Source: Alphaproteobacteria bacterium
Lineage (GTDB): Bacteria; Pseudomonadota; Alphaproteobacteria; Geminicoccales; Geminicoccaceae
Assembly: GCA_026982705.1 (NCBI GenBank)
Contig: JALSGP010000009.1
Span: forward strand, 29,429-93,428
Length of the DNA stretch: 64,000 nucleotides
Direction: 5' to 3'
Program-made: the position numbers and the translations under genes
Notes under the pieces: model-generated
The model's database searches: none
Told to the model about the DNA's origin: nothing
Seen by the model: only the letters and a program-made list of their open reading frames with translations
In this document: positions 37,775 through 48,273 of the stretch, in pieces
Layout of the letters: every line of letters begins with the position of its first letter
How positions within the stretch are numbered: the first letter of the stretch is position 1

Positions 37775-38806
37775 ATGAAACTCGCCACTCTGCGCGAGGG
37801 CGGCCGCGACGGCACGCTCGTCGTGGTCTCCCGCGACCTCACCCGGGCGGTGCGGGTGCCGCAGATCGCCCGCACCCTCCAGCAGGCCCTGGATCGCTGG
37901 GCCGAGGTGGAACCGCGGCTGCGGGCGGTGGCCAGCGCCCTCGAGGCCACCCGGCTCGAGGAGGAATTCCCCTTCGATCCCGCCGCCTGCGCCAGCCCCC
38001 TGCCCCGCGCCTATCAGTGGGCCGACGGCTCCGCCTACGTGAACCACGTGGAGCTGGTCCGGCGGGCGCGCGGCGCCGAGATGCCGCCCTCCTTCTGGAC
38101 CGATCCGCTCATGTACCAGGGCGGATCGGACAGCTTCCTCGGCCCCACCGACGACATCCCCCTCGAGGACGAATCCTGGGGGCTCGACTTCGAGGCGGAG
38201 ATCGCGGTGGTGGTGGACGACGTGCCCATGGGCATCCGGCCGGAGGCGGCCCTGCGCCACGTGCGGCTGATCATGCTGGTCAACGACGTGAGCCTGCGCA
38301 ATCTGATCCCGGCCGAGCTCGCCAAGGGGTTCGGCTTCTTCCAGTCCAAGCCCTCCTCCGCCTTCTCGCCGGTGGCGGTCACCCCCGACGAACTGGGCGA
38401 GGCCTGGCGCGAGGGGAAGGTGCACCTGCCGCTGCGCTCCTGGCTCAACGGCGAGCCCTTCGGCGAGCCGGACGCCGGCGTCGACATGACCTTCGACTTC
38501 GGCCGCCTCGTCGCCCACGCCGCCCGCACCCGCCCCCTCGGCGCCGGCTCCATCATCGGCTCCGGCACCGTCTCCAACCGCGATGCCGACGGCGGACCGG
38601 GACGGCCGGTGCGGGCCGGCGGGCGCGGCTATTCCTGCATCGCCGAACAGCGCATGGTGGAGATCATCCTCGAGGGCGAGGCGAAGACGCCCTTCATGCG
38701 CTGGGGCGACCGGGTGCGCATCGAGATGTGGGATCCCGACGGGCGCAGCATCTTCGGCGCCATCGACCAGCGCGTGGTGCGCTACGTGCCGCCGGCGGAG
38801 GGGTGA
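37775..38806 (+). CDS. fumarylacetoacetate hydrolase (FAH) family protein
   Basis: 343 aa. PLPRAYQWADGSAYVNHVELVRRARG and LDFEAEIAVVVDDVPMG are typical of the FAH fold. Confidence 0.8.
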   Translation: MKLATLREGGRDGTLVVVSRDLTRAVRVPQIARTLQQALDRWAEVEPRLRAVASALEATRLEEEFPFDPAACASPLPRAYQWADGSAYVNHVELVRRARGAEMPPSFWTDPLMYQGGSDSFLGPTDDIPLEDESWGLDFEAEIAVVVDDVPMGIRPEAALRHVRLIMLVNDVSLRNLIPAELAKGFGFFQSKPSSAFSPVAVTPDELGEAWREGKVHLPLRSWLNGEPFGEPDAGVDMTFDFGRLVAHAARTRPLGAGSIIGSGTVSNRDADGGPGRPVRAGGRGYSCIAEQRMVEIILEGEAKTPFMRWGDRVRIEMWDPDGRSIFGAIDQRVVRYVPPAEG

Positions 38807-38829
38807 GCGCGTCCCGGCTCCCGGACGTC

Positions 38830-40236
38830 TCAGATCCCGAAGTAGAGCTGGAATTCCACCGGGTGGGGCGTGCGCGCCACCCGTTCCAGCTCGCGCCGGC
38901 GCACCGCGATGTAGGCCGTCACCAGATCCGCCGGGAACACCTCGCCCTCCAGCAGGAACTCGTGGTCGGCCTCGAGGGCGGCCAGCGCCTCCTCGAGGCT
39001 GGCGGCGGCCCGCGGCACCTCCTCCATCTCCTCCGGGCTCAGATCGTAGACGTTGCGGTCCATGGCGTCGCCCGGCTCCAGCCGGCGACGGATGCCGTCG
39101 AGCCCGGCCATGAGGATGGCGGCGAAGGCGAGATAGGGATTGGCGGAGGGGTCGGGAAAGCGGAGCTCGATGCGCTTGGATTCGGGTCGCGCCGCGAAGG
39201 GGATGCGGATGGCGGCCGAGCGGTTGAAGGCGGCGTAGGTGAGGAGCGTCGGCTCGTCGCCGCCGGCGAGTCTGCGGTAGCTGTTGGTGGTGGGATTGGT
39301 GAAGGCGGCCAGCGCCCGGGCGTGGGTGAGGACGCCGGCGATGAAGCGCAGACAGTCGGGGCCGAGATCGGCATATTCGCGACCGGCGAAGAGAGGACGA
39401 CCGCCCCGGTGCAGCGAGACGTTGACGGCGAGGTGCGAGCCCGGCTCGTCGAGCAGCGGCTTGGGCAGGAAGGTGGCGGTCTTGCCGTAGGAGGCGGTGA
39501 CCTGATGGACCACGTATTTGAGGATCTGCAGCCGGTCGGCGGCGCGCACCAGCGACTCGGGCCGCACGCTGAGTTCGCACTGGGAGGTGGCGCGACCGTG
39601 GCGGTGCTGGATGCGGCCGAAGTCGAGCCGCTCCAGGATGGTGGCGATCTCCGCCCGCAGGTCCAGCAGATGGTCCGCCGGCGGCATCGCCAGATAGGCC
39701 GCCCCCGGCGCCGGCCGGTGGCCGGTGTTGCCGGTGGCGTAGCTGCGCGCCGCCGCCGCCCGGTTCTCGGTGGCCTCGAGGCGGAAGCCGAGGCGGGTGG
39801 GCTCGCCCTCCACGATCACCTCGTCGAAGACGAAGAAGGCGATCTCCGGCGCGAACAGCGCCTCGTCGGCGATGCCCGAGCGGCGCAGATGCTCCAGCGC
39901 CCGCCCGGCGATGGCCCGGGGATCGCGCTCGTAGCCGAGGCCGGTGCTGGGATCGGAGGCGCTGCACAGCAGCACCAGCGTGGGCTGGGCGGTGAAGGGA
40001 TCGACGAAGGCGGTGGCGGGATCCGGCCGCACCAGCAGATCCGCCTCCGTCACCTCGCGCCAGCCCGGGACCGCCGAGCCGTCGATGAAGAGTCCGTGTT
40101 CCAGCACGGTGGCATCCACGCTGGCGGCATCGATGGCGGTGTGGCGGAAGCGGCCGCCGAGATCGGTGAAGCGGAAGTCGACGATGCGGATGCCCTCGCG
40201 CTCGATCCGCTCGAGGATCTCCCGGGCGTCGCTCAT
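38830..40236 (-). CDS. glnA: glutamine synthetase, type I
   Basis: ATG 40236 in ORF 38830..41112. IRIVDFRFTDLGGRFRHTAI, FIDGSAVPGW, NPTTNSYRRL, RIELRFPDPSANPYLAFAA. Confidence 0.85.
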   Translation of the reverse strand: MSDAREILERIEREGIRIVDFRFTDLGGRFRHTAIDAASVDATVLEHGLFIDGSAVPGWREVTEADLLVRPDPATAFVDPFTAQPTLVLLCSASDPSTGLGYERDPRAIAGRALEHLRRSGIADEALFAPEIAFFVFDEVIVEGEPTRLGFRLEATENRAAAARSYATGNTGHRPAPGAAYLAMPPADHLLDLRAEIATILERLDFGRIQHRHGRATSQCELSVRPESLVRAADRLQILKYVVHQVTASYGKTATFLPKPLLDEPGSHLAVNVSLHRGGRPLFAGREYADLGPDCLRFIAGVLTHARALAAFTNPTTNSYRRLAGGDEPTLLTYAAFNRSAAIRIPFAARPESKRIELRFPDPSANPYLAFAAILMAGLDGIRRRLEPGDAMDRNVYDLSPEEMEEVPRAAASLEEALAALEADHEFLLEGEVFPADLVTAYIAVRRRELERVARTPHPVEFQLYFGI

Positions 40237-40317
40237 GCTCCTCCTCCCACGCGCCCCGCGCCCGCCGGTTGTAGGCGAGCCGGGGCCGGGCGCCAAGCGC
40301 GCGGCCGGCGGCGCGGC

Positions 40318-41136
40318 CTGGCCGGCCTCCTGCTCGCGCTGGCCGCCCTCCTCCTCCCGCCGGCGCCGCTGCGGGCGGTCGCCGATGCCGCCTCCTGCCG
40401 GATCGCCGTGCTGGGCGATTCCCTCACCGCCGGCTGGGGGCTCGCCGATCCCGACCTCGCCTTCCCGGCGGTGCTGGAACGCGCCCTCGCGGAGCGCGGC
40501 TTCGCCTGCACCGTGATCGACGCCGGCGTCTCCGGCGACACCTCCGCCGGCGCGCGCGCCCGCCTCGACTGGGTGCTGGCCGCGCGCCCCACCCATCTGC
40601 TGGTGGAGATCGGCGGCAACGACGCCCTCAGGGGGCTGCCGGTGGAGGCCTTCGCCCGCAATCTCGACGCCATCGTGGCCCGGGCCCGGGCGCGCGGTGT
40701 GGCCGTCTTCCTCCTCGGCATGGAGGCGCCGCGCAACTGGGGGGATGACTATGTGCGGGCCTTCCGGCGGGCGTGGCGCGCGGTGGCCCGTCGCCACGGC
40801 GTCCCCCTCGATCCCTTCTTCCTCGCCGGTGCCTGGGGCGTGCCGGGCCGCATGCAGGCCGACGGCATCCATCCCACGGCCGAGGGTGTGCGGGCCATCG
40901 TGGCACGTCTCCTGCCCACCCTCGTCCGCTGGCTGGAGGCGACGGGGGTGCGGCCGGCGGCGCCGTCTCAGCTGCGCGAGGAGTCGAGGAGGGTGCGCAG
41001 CTCGGCGGCGACCCGGCGCAGCCGTGCCGCCAGCGCCCGCATCTCCGCCGCCTCCCGCCCCTCGCGGGGAGGTCCGGCCCCGGCGGCGCGGGCGCGCCGC
41101 TCGCGCAGACACCGGCGGGCGCCGCGGATGGTGTAG
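40318..41136 (+). CDS. SGNH/GDSL arylesterase-lipase (TesA-like), start unresolved
   Basis: [14 protein letters not shown] (block I), [30 protein letters not shown] (block V). No ATG/GTG/TTG precedes the signal-peptide-like [17 protein letters not shown]; the nearest in-frame GTG is ~40138. 40318 is a CTG placeholder. The frame only closes at 41136, overlapping merR by 169 nt. Confidence 0.5.
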   Translation: MAGLLLALAALLLPPAPLRAVADAASCRIAVLGDSLTAGWGLADPDLAFPAVLERALAERGFACTVIDAGVSGDTSAGARARLDWVLAARPTHLLVEIGGNDALRGLPVEAFARNLDAIVARARARGVAVFLLGMEAPRNWGDDYVRAFRRAWRAVARRHGVPLDPFFLAGAWGVPGRMQADGIHPTAEGVRAIVARLLPTLVRWLEATGVRPAAPSQLREESRRVRSSAATRRSRAASARISAASRPSRGGPAPAARARRSRRHRRAPRMV

Positions 41137-41345
41137 CCCTCCTCGTGGAGCAGCGTCTTGATCTCGCGCAGCAGCGCCACGTCCTCGGGTCGGTAGTAGC
41201 GGCGGCCGCCGCTGCGCTTGAGGGGGCGGAGCTGGGGGAACTTGGTCTCCCAGAAGCGCAGCACGTGGGGGGCGACGCCGAGTTCCTCGGCCACCTCGCT
41301 GATGGTGCGGTAGGCGTTCTCCGATTTCGTCCCGGCCGTCGCCAT
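40968..41345 (-). CDS. MerR-family transcriptional regulator
   Basis: ATG 41345. [55 protein letters not shown]. Start overlaps the ihfA stop (TGATG). Confidence 0.75.
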   Translation of the reverse strand: MATAGTKSENAYRTISEVAEELGVAPHVLRFWETKFPQLRPLKRSGGRRYYRPEDVALLREIKTLLHEEGYTIRGARRCLRERRARAAGAGPPREGREAAEMRALAARLRRVAAELRTLLDSSRS

Positions 41346-41674
41346 CAGCCTCCGTCGTCCCGCGGCGCGCCGGCCGTGGCGCGGTTGAGACGCTCGCGCA
41401 GCAGACGCGAGGGGCGGAAGACCAGCGTGCGGCGCGGCGCGATGGGCACCACTTCGCCGGTGCGCGGGTTGCGCCCCACCCGCGGGCCGCTGGTGCGCAC
41501 CACGAAGCTGCCGAAGGCGGCGATCTTCACCGACCCCTCGCGCACCAGCGAGTCGCGGATCTCGTCGATGAGCGCGTCCACCAGCGCCGCCGATTCCGTC
41601 CGCGACAGGCCGAGCTCGCGGTAGACGGCATCGGCCAGGGTGGCGCGGGTGACGGTGCCGGACTTGCCGCCCAC
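41345..41674 (-). CDS. ihfA: integration host factor subunit alpha
   Basis: [33 protein letters not shown] ... [26 protein letters not shown] 41674 chosen, since the ORF's upstream ATG adds an atypical 20-aa extension. Confidence 0.8.
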   Translation of the reverse strand: MGGKSGTVTRATLADAVYRELGLSRTESAALVDALIDEIRDSLVREGSVKIAAFGSFVVRTSGPRVGRNPRTGEVVPIAPRRTLVFRPSRLLRERLNRATAGAPRDDGG

Positions 41675-41851
41675 GATCGCCTCTCCGCCCGTGCGATCCC
41701 CACAAACCCTACGCGATCCAACGACTTCGATCAACTCGGAGGATCCGCGCGCGGGGATTGATCCCTCCCGCCGACCTACGCAGTTTGAGCCCGGCGCCCG
41801 CCTCTGCTAGGCGGGATGCGCCGTCGGCGCAGTCCGGAGGAGAGGAGCCCG

Positions 41852-42838
41852 ATGCCGCGCAACCGGCCGCTCGTGATCGTCACCCGCCGCCTGCCCGAGG
41901 TGGTGGAGGCCCGCATGGCCGAGCTGTTCGACGTGCGTCTCAACGAGACCGACGCGCCCCTGAGTCGCGAACAGCTGCGCGAGGCGCTGCAGGAGGCGGA
42001 CGTGCTGGTGCCGACGGTGACCGATCGCATCGATGCCGCCCTCCTCGCCCACGCCGGCCCGCGCCTGCGCCTCATCGCCAACTACGGCGCCGGCGTCGAC
42101 AACATCGACGTGGAGGCGGCCTACCGGCGCGGCATCACCGTCACCAACACCCCCGGGGTGCTGACCGAGGACACCGCCGACATGACCATCGCCCTCATCC
42201 TCGCCGTCATGCGGCGGCTGGTGGAGGGCGACCGGCTGGTGCGCTCCGGCGCGTGGACCGGCTGGAGCCCCACCTCCATGCTGGGCCATCGCATCTGGGG
42301 CAAGCGCCTCGGCATCCTCGGCATGGGCCGCATCGGCACGGCGGTGGCGCGGCGGGCGCGGGCCTTCGGCATGTCCATCCACTACCACAACCGCCGCCGC
42401 GTCCACGAGAGCATCGAGGAGGAGCTGGAGGCCACCTACTGGTCCAGCCTCGACCAGATGCTCGCCCGCATCGACATCCTCTCCGTCAACTGCCCCCACA
42501 CGCCGGCCACCTATCACCTGCTGTCGGCCCGCCGCCTCAAACTGCTGCGGCCTCACGCCATCGTCGTCAACACCTCGCGGGGGGAGGTCATCGACGAGGC
42601 GGCGCTGGTGCGCATGCTGCGCAACCGCGAGATCGCGGGCGCCGGCCTCGACGTCTTCGAACACGAGCCGGCGGTCAATCCGCGCCTGCGCGAACTGCCC
42701 AACGTGGTGCTGCTGCCGCACATGGGCTCGGCCACCCTCGAGGGGCGCATCGAGATGGGCGAGAAGGTGATCATCAACATCAAGACCTTCGTCGACGGTC
42801 ACCGTCCGCCCGACCGGGTGCTGCCGAGCATGCTCTAG
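41852..42838 (+). CDS. D-2-hydroxyacid dehydrogenase (glyoxylate/hydroxypyruvate reductase-like)
   Basis: GGAGGAGAGG RBS before ATG 41852. NYGAGVDNIDV, the GILGMGRIGTAVARRA NAD-binding motif, and VVNTSRGEVIDEAAL. Confidence 0.85.
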   Translation: MPRNRPLVIVTRRLPEVVEARMAELFDVRLNETDAPLSREQLREALQEADVLVPTVTDRIDAALLAHAGPRLRLIANYGAGVDNIDVEAAYRRGITVTNTPGVLTEDTADMTIALILAVMRRLVEGDRLVRSGAWTGWSPTSMLGHRIWGKRLGILGMGRIGTAVARRARAFGMSIHYHNRRRVHESIEEELEATYWSSLDQMLARIDILSVNCPHTPATYHLLSARRLKLLRPHAIVVNTSRGEVIDEAALVRMLRNREIAGAGLDVFEHEPAVNPRLRELPNVVLLPHMGSATLEGRIEMGEKVIINIKTFVDGHRPPDRVLPSML

Positions 42839-43545
42839 CCCGCGCGGTCGCGGTCTTCCGGTGCCCCGCCACCGAGGCCGAGCCGGGCCACCAGCGCCTC
42901 CGGGGCGGCGGCGAAACGGCCCCGCCCCTCCACCGTGCGCAGCCAGGCCCGTCGCCGGCACGGCCCCCGCAGGGCCATGCAGGTGTGAAAGGCGCGCACC
43001 GCCACCACCAGCCCCTCCGGCGCCAGCGCCCGCTCCAGATGATCCGCGATCTGGCGGGTGAGGCGCTCCTGGATCTGCAGCCGCCGCGCCAGCGCCTCCA
43101 CCAGGGCGGCCACGTGGCCGATGCCCGGCAGGTGCGCGCCCACCCGCAGCACCACGTCCACGGTGCCGAAGAAGGGGGCCAGATGGTGCTCGCAGTGGGA
43201 GGCGAAGGCGATGTCGCGGATCTCCACGAGCTGCCCCCGCATCTCTCCCGCCGCCATGGGTGTGCCCAGCGCCGCCGCCGGATCGCGGCCGTAGCCGGCG
43301 AAATACTCGTCCAGCGCCGCCACCACCCGCCGCGGTGTCGCCACCAGCTCCGGCCGGTCGGGATCCTCGCCCAGATAGCGGAGCAGCAGCCGCACGGCCG
43401 CCTCCGCCTCGGCCCGTCCGGGCCGTCCCCGCTCGCCCTCGCGCAAACCCGCTCCTCCCGCTCCCCGATCCCGGCCGTGAGATGGCCCCGGCCGATCCCC
43501 CCGGTCAAGGGCGGGGGTGGACCGTCGACGGCCGGGCGTTGACAA
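42835..43545 (-). CDS. folE: GTP cyclohydrolase I
   Basis: [56 protein letters not shown]. The ORF start is a TTG, so the start is uncertain. The stop shares a CTAG with the convergent dehydrogenase stop. Confidence 0.8.
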   Translation of the reverse strand: MSTPGRRRSTPALDRGDRPGPSHGRDRGAGGAGLREGERGRPGRAEAEAAVRLLLRYLGEDPDRPELVATPRRVVAALDEYFAGYGRDPAAALGTPMAAGEMRGQLVEIRDIAFASHCEHHLAPFFGTVDVVLRVGAHLPGIGHVAALVEALARRLQIQERLTRQIADHLERALAPEGLVVAVRAFHTCMALRGPCRRRAWLRTVEGRGRFAAAPEALVARLGLGGGAPEDRDRAG

Positions 43546-43621
43546 GCGCGATCGGCGGACCTACCGCCTGTGCGGTGCAACACGAGCCATCGAAGGGCGC
43601 AGCCGTCGGGGTGAGGAGCGC

Positions 43622-44371
43622 ATGAAGATCCTGGTGCCGGTCAAGCGGGTGGTCGATCCCAACGTCAAGGTCCGCATCCGTGCCGACGGCCGCGGCGTGG
43701 ACACCACCAACCTCAAGATGGCCATGAACCCCTTCGACGAGATCGCCGTGGAGGAGGCGATCCGCATGAAGGAGCGCGGACTCGCCCGGGAGGTGGTGGC
43801 CGTCTCCATCGGCGAGCCGCGGATCCAGGAGACCCTGCGCACCGTGCTGGCCATGGGGGCGGACCGCGCCATCGCCGTCGAGACGGAGGTGGCGGTGCAG
43901 CCGCTGGAAGCGGCCCGGATCCTGAGGGCCGTCGTCGCGCGGGAGGAGCCGGATCTGGTGATCATGGGCAAGCAGGCGGTGGACGACGACTCCAACCAGA
44001 CCGGCCAGATGCTGGCGGCGCTCCTGGGTTGGCCCCAGGCCACCTTCGCCTCCCGCATCGAGATCGTCGACGGCGAGGCCGAGGTGGCACGGGAGGTGGA
44101 CGAGGGCATCGAGGTGATCCGGGTGCGGCTGCCGGCGGTGATCACCACCGACCTGCGCCTCAACGAGCCGCGCTACGCCTCCCTGCCCAACATCATGAAG
44201 GCCAAGCGCAAGCCGGTGGAGAGGACGACCCCGGCCGACCTCGGCGTCGATCCCACCCCGCGTCTCGAATATGTCGAATTCGCCGAACCGCCGAAACGGC
44301 AGGCGGGGATCCGCGTGGAGTCCGTGGAGGAACTGGTGGCGAAGCTCGTGGAGAAGGGAGTGATCGGATGA
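43622..44371 (+). CDS. etfB: electron transfer flavoprotein beta subunit
   Basis: [23 protein letters not shown]...[12 protein letters not shown], canonical EtfB. Confidence 0.9.
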   Translation: MKILVPVKRVVDPNVKVRIRADGRGVDTTNLKMAMNPFDEIAVEEAIRMKERGLAREVVAVSIGEPRIQETLRTVLAMGADRAIAVETEVAVQPLEAARILRAVVAREEPDLVIMGKQAVDDDSNQTGQMLAALLGWPQATFASRIEIVDGEAEVAREVDEGIEVIRVRLPAVITTDLRLNEPRYASLPNIMKAKRKPVERTTPADLGVDPTPRLEYVEFAEPPKRQAGIRVESVEELVAKLVEKGVIG

Positions 44372-45324
44372 GCGCCCTCGTCGTCGCCCAGCACGACAAC
44401 CGCAGGCTCGATCCCGTCACCCTCGCCACCGTCACCGCCGCCCGCCGTCTCGCGGAGGAGGTGGACGTGCTGGTGGCGGGATCCGGGGCGCGCGCCGTCG
44501 CCGAGGAGGCGGCGCGGATCGAGGGCGTGCGCCGGGTGCTGCTGGCCGAGGCTCCCCATCTCGAGAACCCGGTGGCGGAGGACCTGACGGAGACGGTGCT
44601 GACCGTGGCCGGCGACCACGAGGCGCTGCTGGCCCCCGCCACCACCTTCGGCAAGAATCTGATGCCGCGGGTGGCCGCCCGCCTCGACGTGGCCCAGATC
44701 AGCGACATCGTCGAAGTGCTGGCACCCGACACCTTCCGCCGGTACATCTACGCGGGCAACGTCCTCACCACCGTGCGCACCCGCGACGGCCGACGGGTGC
44801 TGACGGTGCGCACCACCGCCTTCGACAGGGCGGCCGCGGAGGGGGGCGCGGCCGAGATCGTGCCGGTGGAGGCGCCGCCCGCCACCGGTCTCGCCCGCTT
44901 CGTGCGGCGCGAGGTGCATGCCAGCGAGCGCCCCGAGCTCACCAGCGCCCGGGTGGTGGTTTCGGGCGGCCGCGGCGTCGGCTCCCGGGAGAACTTCGCC
45001 CTCATCGAGAAGCTGGCCGATGCGCTGGGCGCCGCCATCGGTGCCTCGCGGGCGGCGGTGGACGCCGGCTTCGCCCCCAACGACTGGCAGGTGGGCCAGA
45101 CCGGCAAGATCGTGGCGCCGGAACTCTACGTGGCGGTGGGCATCTCCGGCGCCATCCAGCACCTGGCCGGCATGAAGGACAGCAAGATCATCGTCGCCAT
45201 CAACAAGGATCCGGAAGCCCCCATCTTCGAGGTGGCGGACTTCGGCCTCGTGGACGACCTGTTCCGGGCCGTGCCGGAGCTCGTCGAGCGCATCGAGAAG
45301 ATCAAGCGCGAAGGCGCCGCCTGA
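44368..45324 (+). CDS. etfA: electron transfer flavoprotein alpha subunit
   Basis: ATG overlaps the etfB stop (ATGA). [43 protein letters not shown]. Confidence 0.9.
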   Translation: MSALVVAQHDNRRLDPVTLATVTAARRLAEEVDVLVAGSGARAVAEEAARIEGVRRVLLAEAPHLENPVAEDLTETVLTVAGDHEALLAPATTFGKNLMPRVAARLDVAQISDIVEVLAPDTFRRYIYAGNVLTTVRTRDGRRVLTVRTTAFDRAAAEGGAAEIVPVEAPPATGLARFVRREVHASERPELTSARVVVSGGRGVGSRENFALIEKLADALGAAIGASRAAVDAGFAPNDWQVGQTGKIVAPELYVAVGISGAIQHLAGMKDSKIIVAINKDPEAPIFEVADFGLVDDLFRAVPELVERIEKIKREGAA

Positions 45325-45337
45325 AGGAGAGGCCGCG

Positions 45338-46252
45338 ATGGCGCAGGAATACGTGGAGCGCGACTATCCGCCGATTCCCGAGATCCGCACCATCGGGGTG
45401 ATCGGCGCCGGCCAGATGGGCTCGGGCATCGCCCAGGTGGCGGCCGTGCGGGGCTTCGAGGTGCGCCTCGTGGACGTGGCGCCCGAGCAGCTGGAGGCGG
45501 CACTGGCCAAGATCGACTATTTCCTCGGCCGCAGCGTCGCCCGGGGCCGTCTTCCGGAGGAGGAGAAGAAGGCGGCGCTGGCGCGCATCCGCACCGACAC
45601 CGACCTCGCCCACGTCCGGGACTGCGAGTTCGTGGTCGAGGCGGCGACGGAGAACGAGGAGGTCAAGACCGGCATCTTCCGCGAGCTGTGCCCCCTGCTG
45701 CGGCCGGATGCGGTGATCGCCACCAACACCTCCTCCATCTCCGTCACCCGCCTCGCTGCCCGCACCGACCGGCCGGAACGGTTCATCGGCATGCACTTCA
45801 TGAATCCGGTGCCGGCCATGAAGCTGGTGGAGATCATCCGCGGCATCGCCACCAGCGAGGAGACCTACCGCGCCACCGTCGACCTCGCCCACCGGCTCGG
45901 CAAGGAGACGGTGACGGCCGAGGACTTCCCGGCCTTCATCGTCAACCGCATCCTCATCCCCATGATCAACGAGGCCATCTACACCCTCTACGAGGGGGTG
46001 GGGAACGTGGAGAGCATCGACCGGGCCATGCGGCTCGGCGCCAACCATCCCATGGGCCCGCTGGAACTGGCCGACTTCATCGGCCTCGACACCTGCCTCG
46101 CCATCATGCAGGTGCTCTACGAGGGCCTCTCCGACAGCAAGTACCGGCCCTGCCCGCTGCTGGTGAAGTACGTCGAGGCCGGCTGGCTGGGCCGCAAGAC
46201 CAAGCGCGGCTTCTACGACTACCGCGGCGAGAAGCCGGTGCCCACGCGCTGA
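45338..46252 (+). CDS. hbd: 3-hydroxybutyryl-CoA / 3-hydroxyacyl-CoA dehydrogenase
   Basis: [56 protein letters not shown]. Confidence 0.85.
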   Translation: MAQEYVERDYPPIPEIRTIGVIGAGQMGSGIAQVAAVRGFEVRLVDVAPEQLEAALAKIDYFLGRSVARGRLPEEEKKAALARIRTDTDLAHVRDCEFVVEAATENEEVKTGIFRELCPLLRPDAVIATNTSSISVTRLAARTDRPERFIGMHFMNPVPAMKLVEIIRGIATSEETYRATVDLAHRLGKETVTAEDFPAFIVNRILIPMINEAIYTLYEGVGNVESIDRAMRLGANHPMGPLELADFIGLDTCLAIMQVLYEGLSDSKYRPCPLLVKYVEAGWLGRKTKRGFYDYRGEKPVPTR

Positions 46253-46280
46253 TCCCCGCGCGGTCACGGAGGGAGAGACG

Positions 46281-47045
46281 GTGCAGGTGGATCTGTCGGG
46301 GCGGGTGGCGATGGTGACGGGCGCCTCGGGCGGCCTGGGTTCCCACTTCGCCCGCACCCTCGCCCGCCACGGGGCGGCGGTGGTCCTCGCCGCCCGCAGA
46401 ATGGACCGTCTCGACGCCCTCGCCCGCGAGATCGAGGGGGCCGGCGGCCGGGCGGTGGCGGTGCCGCTGGACGTCACCGACCCCGTGAGCGTGCGGGCGG
46501 CCTTCGATGCCGCCGAACGCGCCCTCGGACCCGTGGACATCCTGATCAACAATTCCGGCATCGCCGGCCGCACCGGCTGGATGCTGGAGCTGGAGGACGG
46601 CGACTTCGAGCGGGTGGTGGAGGTCAACCTCGACGGTGTCTTCCGGGTGGGCCGCGAGGCGGCGCGACGGCTGGTGGCGGCGGGTCGCGGCGGGGCCATC
46701 GTCAACATCGCCTCCATCGTCGCCTTCGGTGCCCGCGCCGGCATCGCCGCCTACGGCGCCTCCAAGGCGGCGGTGGCCCATCTCACCAAGTCCATGGCGG
46801 TGGAGTGGGCGCGGCACGGCATCCGCGTCAACGCCCTCGCCCCCGGCTACATCCCCACCGAGCTCAACCGCGACTATCTGCTGAGTCCGGCCGGCCAGAA
46901 GCTCCTGCGCCACATCCCGCTCGGCCGCTTCGGCACCCCCGAGGACCTGGAGGGACCGCTGCTGCTGCTGGTCTCCGAGGCCGGCCGCTGGATGACCGGC
47001 ACCGTTCTCGTGGTGGACGGCGGGCAGGTGGCGTCCATGCCCTGA
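46281..47045 (+). CDS. short-chain dehydrogenase/reductase (SDR)
   Basis: GTG start. VTGASGGLGSHFA, NNSGIA, and the YGASKAAV catalytic motif. Confidence 0.8.
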   Translation: MQVDLSGRVAMVTGASGGLGSHFARTLARHGAAVVLAARRMDRLDALAREIEGAGGRAVAVPLDVTDPVSVRAAFDAAERALGPVDILINNSGIAGRTGWMLELEDGDFERVVEVNLDGVFRVGREAARRLVAAGRGGAIVNIASIVAFGARAGIAAYGASKAAVAHLTKSMAVEWARHGIRVNALAPGYIPTELNRDYLLSPAGQKLLRHIPLGRFGTPEDLEGPLLLLVSEAGRWMTGTVLVVDGGQVASMP

Positions 47046-47070
47046 GGATCGACGAGGGGGAGGCGATCCC

Positions 47071-48273
47071 GTGGACTTCACCCTGTCCCTGCGCCTGCGC
47101 GAGCTGCGCGCCAAGGTGGTGGAATTCGTCGAGGACCGGCTGCTGCCGCTGGAGCGCGATCCGGCGAGCTTCGGCGAGGGCGAGCACATCCGCTGGGAGC
47201 TGGTGGAGACGCTGCGACGCGAGGTGCAGGATCTCGGCCTGTGGGCGCCGCAGGTCTCCCGCGAGCGCGGCGGCCTCGGCTGTTCCATGACCGAGATCGC
47301 CGTCCTCTACGAGGAGATGGGGCGTTCCCGCTTCGGGCCGGTGTGCTTCAACTGTGCCGCCCCCGACGACGGCAACATGATGTGCCTCGAGCGCTGCGCC
47401 GACGAACGGCAGAAGGACGTGTGGCTCGATCCCGTGGTCCGCGGCGAGGTGCGCTCGGCCATCGTCATGACCGAACCCCATCCGGGTGCCGGCTCCGATC
47501 CCGCCGGCATGACCCGCACCCGCGCCGAGCGGCGCGGCGACCGCTACCGGGTCCACGGCCGCAAATGGTTCATCACCGGCGCCGAGGGGGCGAAGCACTT
47601 CATCCTGCTGGCGCGCACCGGCGACGACCGCCGCCGCGGTCTCACCGCCATGATGTTCCATGCCGACCAGCCCGGCTGGCGGATCGTCCGCCGCATCCCC
47701 ATCATGGGCCCCGAGGAGCACGGCGGCCACTGCGAGCTGGAGTTCGACGGGCTCGAGGTCCCGGTGGAGAACGTGCTCCTGGGCGAGGGGCTGGGGATGC
47801 GGGTGGTGCTCACCCGTCTCGCCCGGGCCCGCCTCACCCACTGCATGCGGTGGCTGGGCATGGCCCGCCGCGCCCTCGAGATCTGCGAACCCTACATCCG
47901 CGAGCGGGAGGCCTTCGGCCGCCGGCTGCTGGAGCTGGAGAGCGTCCAGCAGATGCTGGGCGAGGCGGCCATGCGCATCGAGGTGGGGCGCCTCCTGGTG
48001 ATGCGGGCGGCCTTCGCCCTCGACCGCGGCGAGCGCGCCAATCGCGAGGTGTCCATGGCCAAGATCCAGGTGGCCGACACCCTCCACCATGCCGTGGACA
48101 CCGCCATCCAGCTCATGGGCGCCCTGGGTTATTCGAAGGACACCCCGCTCGAGTGGATGTACCGCTACGCCCGTCAGGCGCGGCTGGTGGACGGCGCCTC
48201 CGAAGTGCACCGCATGGTGGTGGCCCGCGAGCTGCTCCGGCAGGGGCGCGACTTCTTCACATGGCCCGCGTGA
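47071..48273 (+). CDS. acyl-CoA dehydrogenase
   Basis: 400 aa. AIVMTEPHPGAGSDPAG, GRKWFITGA, and a C-terminal YRYARQARLVDGASEVH. Confidence 0.85.
   Translation: MDFTLSLRLRELRAKVVEFVEDRLLPLERDPASFGEGEHIRWELVETLRREVQDLGLWAPQVSRERGGLGCSMTEIAVLYEEMGRSRFGPVCFNCAAPDDGNMMCLERCADERQKDVWLDPVVRGEVRSAIVMTEPHPGAGSDPAGMTRTRAERRGDRYRVHGRKWFITGAEGAKHFILLARTGDDRRRGLTAMMFHADQPGWRIVRRIPIMGPEEHGGHCELEFDGLEVPVENVLLGEGLGMRVVLTRLARARLTHCMRWLGMARRALEICEPYIREREAFGRRLLELESVQQMLGEAAMRIEVGRLLVMRAAFALDRGERANREVSMAKIQVADTLHHAVDTAIQLMGALGYSKDTPLEWMYRYARQARLVDGASEVHRMVVARELLRQGRDFFTWPA

Noticed and set aside
42835-42838. The convergent genes (2-hydroxyacid dehydrogenase and folE) share a palindromic CTAG that gives TAG stops on both strands.
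   Set aside because: It is a real but trivial consequence of tight convergent packing, and no functional implication is evident.
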